Shown one piece after another: positions 7,765 through 14,007 of a DNA stretch of 24,000 bases. Source of the stretch: Bacteroidota bacterium (GTDB taxonomy: Bacteria > Bacteroidota > Bacteroidia > B-17B0 > Aurantibacillaceae); assembly GCA_017303905.1 (NCBI GenBank), contig JAFLBH010000001.1, positions 511,809 to 535,808 of the forward strand, read 5' to 3'. Position numbers and translations under genes: made by a program. The notes under the pieces are model-generated. The model saw only the letters and a program-made list of their open reading frames with translations. It was not told the origin of the DNA and did no database searches. The stretch's first letter is position 1, and each line of letters starts with the position of its first letter.

Positions 7765-8955
7765 ATGAGTTTACATTTTACACACTTAAAATTAATTCTG
7801 TTTTTTCTTTTGTGCTTTCAATTAAGCCGGGCACAAAACCTGGTGGCCGATTCCAGCTTTGAAGCCAACAGTAAAGTTCCCGTATTACTTTCTTCTATAG
7901 GATTAAATGCCTCTTGGTCTTCGCCTAGTTGGGGCACTACGGATTTATTATGTGAGTGTGGAAAAAAATTAAAAGACAAATCGGAAGCACAAGTACCGCA
8001 TAATCCATTCGGCACACAAAAAGCAAACACCGGAAAATGTTACGCGGGATTTTATTTGTTCTCACATGCTGATTACAGAGAATATTTAATTACACAATTG
8101 AATCAGCCTTTGATAGGCGGCAACAAATATGAGTTAACGATGTATATCAGTTTAGCGGATTATTCGCGTGCGGCGATTTACCGCATGGGCGTTGTTTTTT
8201 TAAATGCAAAACCAAACTACACCAGCAGCGATGTCATCAGAAATATAAACCCGGTGAATGTGCCTTTAAAAAATCAAGTGGGTACCGACACCGTGAACTG
8301 GCATCAGATTGTTGTGGAGTATGAAGCCCATGGCGGAGAACAATTTTTACTGATAGGAAGTTTTGATATTTACGATTATGATGAAACCAATGCCCGTCCG
8401 CCAAAGGGCGTGCGCACAAAAATAAATCAACGCACCGACCGTGATGCGTATTATTACATTGATGATGTAAGCTTACATCAATTACCGCCGCCTGTTGTGG
8501 CCAAGTTTGATACTGTTGTAGCACCTATCATTGATACCATTCGTCCGGTTGCGATTGCAGAAGCCAATTTTGGAAACGATACGACAAAGCCCATCATTGA
8601 AGTGTTGGTAGACAAAACTTTTATTTTGAAAAATATTTTATTTGAAACCAACCGCGCGGTGTTATTGCCTTCCTCTTATCCGGAGCTGGATGCGTTTGCG
8701 AATTATTTAGTAAAAAATCCTCAGGTGTTTATTGAGATTGGCGGACACACCGACAATACCGGTAGTGAAGAACAAAATAAAATCCTCAGTGAAAAACGCG
8801 CCAATACAGTGGCCGATTATTTAATTACCAAAGGTGTGGAGTTAAACCGCGTTACTTTTAAAGGTTATGGCAGCACCAAGCCTATTGCCAATAATTCTAC
8901 CGACGAAGGCAAAAAGCAAAACCGAAGAGTGGAGTTTACTGTGGTGAAGAAGTAG
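7765..8955 (+). CDS. OmpA-family protein (N-terminal beta-sandwich-like domain plus C-terminal OmpA/MotB peptidoglycan-binding domain)
   Basis: The track ORF starts at TTG 7756. ATG 7765 gives a clean signal peptide (MSLHFTHLKLILFFLLCFQLSRAQN). The C-terminus FETNRAVLLP...IEIGGHTDNTGSEEQNKILSEKRANTVADYL...GYGSTKPIA...NRRVEF is a canonical OmpA_C domain. Confidence 0.85.
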   Translation: MSLHFTHLKLILFFLLCFQLSRAQNLVADSSFEANSKVPVLLSSIGLNASWSSPSWGTTDLLCECGKKLKDKSEAQVPHNPFGTQKANTGKCYAGFYLFSHADYREYLITQLNQPLIGGNKYELTMYISLADYSRAAIYRMGVVFLNAKPNYTSSDVIRNINPVNVPLKNQVGTDTVNWHQIVVEYEAHGGEQFLLIGSFDIYDYDETNARPPKGVRTKINQRTDRDAYYYIDDVSLHQLPPPVVAKFDTVVAPIIDTIRPVAIAEANFGNDTTKPIIEVLVDKTFILKNILFETNRAVLLPSSYPELDAFANYLVKNPQVFIEIGGHTDNTGSEEQNKILSEKRANTVADYLITKGVELNRVTFKGYGSTKPIANNSTDEGKKQNRRVEFTVVKK

Positions 8956-9020
8956 GCGGATTAAGCGTTCGTTTTAGCCTCAAGAAGAGTTTCCCAACAA
9001 TATTTTTTATAATTATTTGA

Positions 9021-9055
9021 ATGTAGACAACTGTCCGTTGTACTAATGTCTACAT
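9021..9055. promoter_or_regulatory. Putative C-box operator: 35 bp imperfect palindrome with perfect 9 bp outer arms
   Basis: The outer arms are ATGTAGACA (9021-9029) and TGTCTACAT (9047-9055). Partial inner symmetry is present (GACA-AC-TGTC at 9026-9035; 12 of 17 symmetric positions pair). It lies directly upstream of the HTH controller gene, and its size matches known C-protein operators. Confidence 0.5.
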
Positions 9056-9072
9056 TATTAGAAATTCACTTA

Positions 9073-9276
9073 ATGGATATTAGAAAAAAATTCGGAAAGC
9101 AAATTAAAAAATTGCGCATAGAGAAAGGAATGTCTCAGGAGGCATTAGCCTTTGAGGCGGAACTTGATAGAACATATATTCCGAGTATTGAAAAGGGTGA
9201 AAGGAATGTTTCATTAGTTGTAATTGAAAAGCTTGGAAAGGCCCTTAATGTTTCACCAAAAGTGTTTTTTGATTAA
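9073..9276 (+). CDS. XRE-family HTH transcriptional regulator, probable restriction-modification controller (C) protein
   Basis: MDIRKKFGKQIKKLRIEKGMSQEALAFEAELDRTYIPSIEKGERNVSLVVIEKLGKAL is a typical C-protein/Cro-like HTH. The track start at 9046 lies inside the operator arm, so ATG 9073 is preferred. Its stop is 2 nt before the HNH gene start. Confidence 0.8.
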   Translation: MDIRKKFGKQIKKLRIEKGMSQEALAFEAELDRTYIPSIEKGERNVSLVVIEKLGKALNVSPKVFFD

Positions 9277-9278
9277 CT

Positions 9279-9935
9279 ATGAGTAGCGCTAAAGAAAAAC
9301 TATTAAAGAAATTATTAGACAATGTAGGAAAGACTCTTACTAGAGAGCTTTTAAGTAAAACAGCAAATGTACACGACTGGCAAAGATCATTAAGAACTCT
9401 AAGGCAAGAAGGATGGCAGATTGTTTCGAGCAAGGAAGGCTATACACTCGTTTCTGAATTAAAGAATGAAACAAAGAAAAGCAGAATCACAATAAACAAT
9501 AAATTGCGCTATTCTATTTTACAAAGAGATAACTCAACTTGTCAAAGATGCGGAAAGACAGTACAAGACGGTATAAAATTGGAAGTTGATCATAAAATTC
9601 CCGTAGAATGGAACGGAACAAACGACGTTGAGAACTTGTGGACTCTTTGTAATGAGTGTAATGGAGGTAAAAAGCATTTTTTCTCTGATTTTGATGATAA
9701 AATAATGAGGGAGGTGATGAATGAAAAGAGCGGATATCAGCGTTTAGTAAAATTGTTTAAACTTAGTCCGAATACCGTTATAGAGCCAATAAAATTAGAG
9801 GCCATAAGCGGCATTAGGGACTGGACTAGAACTATTAGATTAATTAGATCAAAAGAAAAACTTAATCTTGTTTGGATAGATAAATCAACGGAGTTCCCGC
9901 AAGGAGGATACAAATTAATCAGACAAAAGAATTAA
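9279..9935 (+). CDS. HNH-family endonuclease, putative type II restriction endonuclease of the island
   Basis: 218 aa. The central HNH/zinc motif is CQRCGKTVQDGIKLEVDHKIPVEWNGTNDVENLWTLCNECNGGKKH. It appears coupled to the C gene and is convergent with the C5-MTase. Two similar wHTH-like modules flank the nuclease core. Confidence 0.65.
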   Translation: MSSAKEKLLKKLLDNVGKTLTRELLSKTANVHDWQRSLRTLRQEGWQIVSSKEGYTLVSELKNETKKSRITINNKLRYSILQRDNSTCQRCGKTVQDGIKLEVDHKIPVEWNGTNDVENLWTLCNECNGGKKHFFSDFDDKIMREVMNEKSGYQRLVKLFKLSPNTVIEPIKLEAISGIRDWTRTIRLIRSKEKLNLVWIDKSTEFPQGGYKLIRQKN

Positions 9936-11206
9936 ATATGCTTAAAAAGCGTTTCAATTATTAATTTCCCGGTTGCTTTAATTGCAGGCACCGCAACTGA
10001 ATTTCCAAATTGTTTATAGGCAGATGCATCAGCCACAGGAATTAAATAATTATCAGGAAAGCCTTGTAGCCTTGCCCATTCTCTAGGGGTCATTTTACGA
10101 ATTCCCTCCCTGTTTACTTCTCCCTTAATTTTTGTTTCAGGCGTAAAATCTTTTAAGCGAGTATCAATAATTAAATTTCTTTCTCGTCCCATTCCGCCGC
10201 AAACAACAGCGTTGGCGATCCCTTTGTCGGGAATAATTTCGTAACCAAAACCATTGCCTTTATTGGCATGCCTTTCTTTATGGGCTTTTAAGGTTTTTAA
10301 ATATTGAGTAGACAAATAATATCTTGCTGAAACAGGTTTTTTCTCCTTGATATCAGAAAACTTAACTTTCTTATCGGTTGGTTTAGGGTAATTAAAACTA
10401 GTAACTTTTAAATCTTTTCTAAAACCTACAATAAAAATTCTTTCTCTGTTTTGTGGTACACCAAAATCTTTTGCATTAATGATTTGAGGCTCGGGCACAA
10501 AATATCCTAAATCATTTCTTAATACATTTAATATGGTTTCTAATGTTTTTCCTTTGTCGTGATTTCTTAATCCTTTTACGTTTTCAAGAAAAATAGCTTT
10601 TGGTTTTTTTCTTCTAATAATTTCAGCTACATCAAAAAACAAAGTACCACGTGTATCCTCAAAACCGCCTCTTTTTCCTGCTATAGAAAATGCTTGGCAA
10701 GGAAAACCCGCACACAACACATCGAATCCATCAGGTATAAATTTCTTTGTTTCTTCCTTGGTAATATCACCAAACGGAACTTCACCAAAATTAGCTTTAT
10801 ATGTTTTTTGCGCCTCTTTATCCCACTCACTTGTAAAAACACATTTGCCTCCGAGACTTTGCATTGCTATACGAAAACCGCCAACCCCGGCAAACAAATC
10901 AATAAACTTAAACGTATAATTTTCAGGTGTTGGAAATGGAACGTTTTCTACTTCAAAAAGTAATTGTTGTAAGGCGCTTTCAGCAACCTCCGAATATTTT
11001 ATATTAGGAAACTTATAAAGCACCATTTCCTTTATAAATTTTTCCGCTTCTTTTTTGTAATGTTTTTTTACGCCGTTATGATAGTTGTGAAGATAGTGTG
11101 TAACAACTGCCTTTTTGTTGCTTTCAGGTTCTACCAGTTTAATTCTAAACTTTTTCCCTTCAAAATCATCGATTGTTATACTTTCTTTCAGCTTCATGAA
11201 TAGCAT
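9932..11206 (-). CDS. dcm: DNA (cytosine-5)-methyltransferase, Dcm/M.HhaI-like
   Basis: All the conserved motifs are present: I FIDLFAGVGGF, IV GFPCQAFSIAGKRGG, FEDTRGTLFF, VI ENVKGL, VIII QNRERIFIVGF, TRD segment KGNGFGY and X QFGNSVAVP. GGKCVFTSEWDKEAQKTYKANF closely matches E. coli Dcm. An alternative ATG is at 11197. An N-terminal extension of about 95 aa has unknown function. Confidence 0.95.
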   Translation of the reverse strand: MLFMKLKESITIDDFEGKKFRIKLVEPESNKKAVVTHYLHNYHNGVKKHYKKEAEKFIKEMVLYKFPNIKYSEVAESALQQLLFEVENVPFPTPENYTFKFIDLFAGVGGFRIAMQSLGGKCVFTSEWDKEAQKTYKANFGEVPFGDITKEETKKFIPDGFDVLCAGFPCQAFSIAGKRGGFEDTRGTLFFDVAEIIRRKKPKAIFLENVKGLRNHDKGKTLETILNVLRNDLGYFVPEPQIINAKDFGVPQNRERIFIVGFRKDLKVTSFNYPKPTDKKVKFSDIKEKKPVSARYYLSTQYLKTLKAHKERHANKGNGFGYEIIPDKGIANAVVCGGMGRERNLIIDTRLKDFTPETKIKGEVNREGIRKMTPREWARLQGFPDNYLIPVADASAYKQFGNSVAVPAIKATGKLIIETLFKHI

Positions 11207-11600
11207 TAACTATTTTGGTTATACAATATTGCAAATTTTCCTCTATTTCTTTTCCCCAAAAACGCAAAACTTGCCAATTTTCTTTTAACAAAACCTTATT
11301 AACTTCTTTGTCTCTGGCAATATTTCTTTCAATTTTCTTATGCCAAAAGTCTTGATTGCTTTTATGGTCATGTTTTCGCTTTTTCCAATCCTTGCCGTGC
11401 CAGAATTCACTGTCAACAAAAACGGCAATTTTGAGTTTTTTAAAAGTTAAATCCGGCTTACCGAAAACACTTTTATCATTTTTTCTATATCGATATCCTT
11501 TCACCCAAAGGGTTTTTGAAAGCAAGACTTCAATCTTAGAGCCTTTGCTTTTTACTGCCTGCATGTTTTTACGTCGTTGTTCTTTGGTGAGCTTATCCAC
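11166..11600 (-). CDS. vsr: Very-short-patch repair endonuclease Vsr
   Basis: LTKEQRRKNMQAVKSKGSKIEVLLSKTLWVKGYRYRKNDKSVFGKPDLTFKKLKIAVFVDSEFWHG matches the Vsr N-terminus and catalytic core. No ATG precedes the conserved N-terminus. The track uses TTG 11639; I prefer GTG 11600 (VDKLTKEQ). The 3' end overlaps the dcm start by 32-41 nt. Confidence 0.8.
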   Translation of the reverse strand: MDKLTKEQRRKNMQAVKSKGSKIEVLLSKTLWVKGYRYRKNDKSVFGKPDLTFKKLKIAVFVDSEFWHGKDWKKRKHDHKSNQDFWHKKIERNIARDKEVNKVLLKENWQVLRFWGKEIEENLQYCITKIVNAIHEAERKYNNR

Positions 11601-11712
11601 AAAGCGAAAATAGAACAAAGTGTAAAAACAGGGAAACAAAATTATATTAAAAGAATAACAATGCTTGCTATAAAATGTAGCATTTTTTTAAAGTAAGAAA
11701 AAAAGAAAGTAA

Positions 11713-12834
11713 CTACCTCTTATTAATCAACTCATTTGTCTTCAGCAGCAAATCCATAAATAAAATTTTAGGATTAGCGTTGCGCTCTATGTAATAACAG
11801 TTGCTATTAAATTCTTCTACCAGCATTTCGTAATTGCGCTGGGTAATAAAAGGCGCAAATTTTTCTAAGAATTGTTTTTCGTTGCCGCTCAAGCGCACTA
11901 AATCGCGTGAGCCAAAATTATACATCAAACAATCTCTGAATATCTCGAGTCCGTATTGTAAAAATTGTTTTTGTTTTTCGCGTCCTGTTGCAGCGTTCTG
12001 GTCAATCCACTGCAAGGCTTTGTCGCAATCAAACTTTAAAGCCAGGCGCATAAAGCTTTGGAAGTGTTGCAAAAAAGATAATTGCTCATCGCTTTGCGTT
12101 AATAGTTTGATGGCTTCATTAAAATTGCTGTCGCATAAAAATGCCGCTTGCTGCGCGTTCTCTTCGGTAACACCAAACTTTTTTACCAAGGCTTCTTTTA
12201 TCTCCGCTTCCTGTAAACGCAAAAACGGTATTTGTTGCACGCGCGAAATAATTGTAGCCAATAACTGATCAGGATTATTACACACCAAAATAAAAATGGT
12301 TTGTTCAGGCGGCTCTTCCAATACCTTTAATAATTTATTGGCGGCTTCGGTGTTCATTTTCTCCGGCTGCCAGATGATCATTATTTTGTATAGTCCCTCG
12401 TAACTGGTATAACTTAATTCGCGGATGATATTGCCGCTTTCCTCAACAGGAATAATCGGTTGTTTGTTTTCTGCATCCAGACCTTCAAACCAATCGTTTA
12501 AACTTAAGTAAGGATTTTCTAAAAACGCCTCACGGAATTCCTTAATTAAATCGGCGCTGCTTTTTACATCTTTCGATTTGGCGATAGGAAACACCAAGTG
12601 CAAATCAGGATGTACCAATTTATTTGTTTTCTGACAACTCGGACATTCACCGCAGGCATCGTTGTTTTGTTTGTTGCTGCAAAATAAATATTGCGCAAAA
12701 GCCATAGCGGTTCCTAAATTGCCGCTGCCTTCATAGCCTGTAAATAAAAGTGCGTGAGGTAAACGGTTTTCATTCACCATTTTTATCAAACGATCTTTTA
12801 CTTCTTTTTGTCCAACTATGTCGCGTAGCAGCAT
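11713..12834 (-). CDS. holB: DNA polymerase III delta-prime subunit (HolB)
   Basis: The sequence reads MLLRDIVGQKEVKDRL...HALLFTGYEGSGNLGTAMAFAQYLFC...CGECPSCQK...HPDLHLVFP...VLEEPP. The track ORF (to 12945, TTG start) reads through repeat copy 2. ATG 12834 is the first Met and aligns with the family N-terminus. Confidence 0.9.
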   Translation of the reverse strand: MLLRDIVGQKEVKDRLIKMVNENRLPHALLFTGYEGSGNLGTAMAFAQYLFCSNKQNNDACGECPSCQKTNKLVHPDLHLVFPIAKSKDVKSSADLIKEFREAFLENPYLSLNDWFEGLDAENKQPIIPVEESGNIIRELSYTSYEGLYKIMIIWQPEKMNTEAANKLLKVLEEPPEQTIFILVCNNPDQLLATIISRVQQIPFLRLQEAEIKEALVKKFGVTEENAQQAAFLCDSNFNEAIKLLTQSDEQLSFLQHFQSFMRLALKFDCDKALQWIDQNAATGREKQKQFLQYGLEIFRDCLMYNFGSRDLVRLSGNEKQFLEKFAPFITQRNYEMLVEEFNSNCYYIERNANPKILFMDLLLKTNELINKR

Positions 12835-12883
12835 AGAGCAAATATACACTTCCGAGAGGAGAATAGAAAGATTATTTGGGGAT

Positions 12884-13087
12884 AAACCCCCTCCCGCTTC
12901 GCGGACTCCCTCCCGATTATCCCGATAGCTATCGGGACGGGACAAGCTCTTAGCAGGGGGAGAGGCTGTTCGTTTTTGATTCAGCTTTAATTTTCAATAA
13001 GGGAAAATCGTAGCTAAAAATTTTGAATTTACCATGAAAGAATTCTCCCCTGCTAAGGGGAGATGTCGCGTAGCGACAGAGGGGTTT
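12884..13087 (-). repeat. Nested-hairpin MITE-like element, copy 2 (with a ~38 nt structured expansion in hairpin B)
   Basis: The termini and architecture match copy 4. The expansion at 12911-12948 contains TCCCG/CGGGA around a perfect 16 nt palindrome, CCCGATAGCTATCGGG (12921-12936). Hairpin D is GTCGC-GTA-GCGAC (13065-13077). Confidence 0.85.
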
Positions 13088-13137
13088 TGTTTTAAAAAGT
13101 TGTTTGAAGTTTGAGACTCTTCGTTTTATATTGTGGT

Positions 13138-13331
13138 AAAACCCCCTCCCGCTTCGCGGACTCCCCCTTAGCAGGGGGAGGGGCTTTCCGTTTTTGATGG
13201 AGCTTGAATTGTAAAAAAAGGAAAATCGTTGCTAAAAAATTTTTAATCTACCACGAAAGAATTCTCCCCTGCGAAGGGGAGATGTCCGAACTTGCCAGCC
13301 GTGGCGCAGCAGGCTGGGGACAGAGGGGTTT
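13138..13331 (-). repeat. Nested-hairpin MITE-like element, copy 3 (with a ~30 nt structured expansion in hairpin D)
   Basis: The outer D stem GTCC (13284-13287) / GGAC (13318-13321) is retained. The inserted inner stem is CCAGCC (13295-13300) / GGCTGG (13312-13317). The rest is collinear with copy 4. Confidence 0.85.
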
Positions 13332-13342
13332 ATGCCACTCTT

Positions 13343-13708
13343 TCATTTATTTTGAAAATAGGATTTAATTAAATCTAACACACCCTCAGTGTTTTTAAAA
13401 ACATGCTCGTTTTCAATTCTAACGGTTCTTATACCATACTTTAATAATAAATCATCTCGCTGCTTGTCATGTTCAAATCCAACAACAGTGAAGTGATGTT
13501 CTCCGTCTAACTCAACAGCTAATTTTTCTTCTGCACAATAAAAATCAAGAATGAAATTTTTGAAACTGTGTTGTCGTCTAAATTTTCTTCCTTCCAGCTG
13601 AGAATTTTTTAAATATTTCCAGAGTATTTTCTCAGGAACAGTTGTGTTATCTCTTAAATCTTTTCTGTATTCTTTTAAATAAGACCTGTTATTATTTCTT
13701 ATCTGCAT
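13343..13708 (-). CDS. DUF559 endonuclease-domain protein (Vsr-like / PD-(D/E)XK fold)
   Basis: 121 aa with an ATG start. EKILWKYLKNSQLEGRKFRRQHSFKNFILDFYCAEEKLAVELDGEHH...RDDLLLKYGIRTVRIENEHV is the typical DUF559 pattern. Repeat copies 3 and 4 flank it. Confidence 0.85.
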   Translation of the reverse strand: MQIRNNNRSYLKEYRKDLRDNTTVPEKILWKYLKNSQLEGRKFRRQHSFKNFILDFYCAEEKLAVELDGEHHFTVVGFEHDKQRDDLLLKYGIRTVRIENEHVFKNTEGVLDLIKSYFQNK

Positions 13709-13792
13709 ACAGCAAAATTATAAGGAGTTGTTTTTGATCCTTGCTATAATTTGTAGTTTTTTTGGTTAAGACCTTTTATTATATTTAAGAAC

Positions 13793-13958
13793 AAACCCCC
13801 TCCCGCTTCGCGGACTCCCCCTTAGCAGGGGGAGGGGCTGTTCGTTTATAAATTGGCTTGAATTGTAAAAAAAAGGAAAATCGTTGCTAAAAATTTTGAA
13901 TCTATCACGAAAGAATTCTCCCCTGCCAAGGGGAGATGTCCGCAGGACAGAGGGGTTT
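13793..13958 (-). repeat. Nested-hairpin MITE-like element, copy 4 (minimal/consensus form)
   Basis: The termini are AAACCCCCTC ... GAGGGGTTT. Hairpin A is 13803-13813 (CCGC-TTC-GCGG). Hairpin B is 13815-13834 (CTCCCCC-TTAGCA-GGGGGAG). Hairpin C is 13918-13935 (CTCCCCT-GCCA-AGGGGAG). Hairpin D is 13938-13948 (GTCC-GCA-GGAC). Confidence 0.85.
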
Positions 13959-14007
13959 GTGACAGAGACGCTAATTATTTTTCTAAATCAAAAAGTTTCA
14001 AGGAAGT

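Noticed and set aside
7508-7862. ORFs 7508..7711 and 7599..7862 (+) in the SBBP-OmpA intergenic region.
   Set aside because: They run through repeat copy 1 and the OmpA signal-peptide region in other frames. Their composition is repeat-derived (PLLRGS, GEGVY) and they show no coding features.
12835-12945. The N-terminal 37 codons of the 410 aa ORF-track version of holB (MSRPDSYRDNREGVREAGGGLSPNNLS...).
   Set aside because: The extension starts at a TTG inside repeat copy 2 and simply translates the hairpin sequence. The family N-terminus aligns with ATG 12834 (MLLRDIVGQ...).
12884-13958. A possible CRISPR array, given three similar GC-rich palindromic units in tandem orientation.
   Set aside because: The units are 165-205 bp with complex internal structure. 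Spacing is irregular (50 nt and 461 nt), a gene sits between two of them, and no cas genes are present. This is not a CRISPR architecture.
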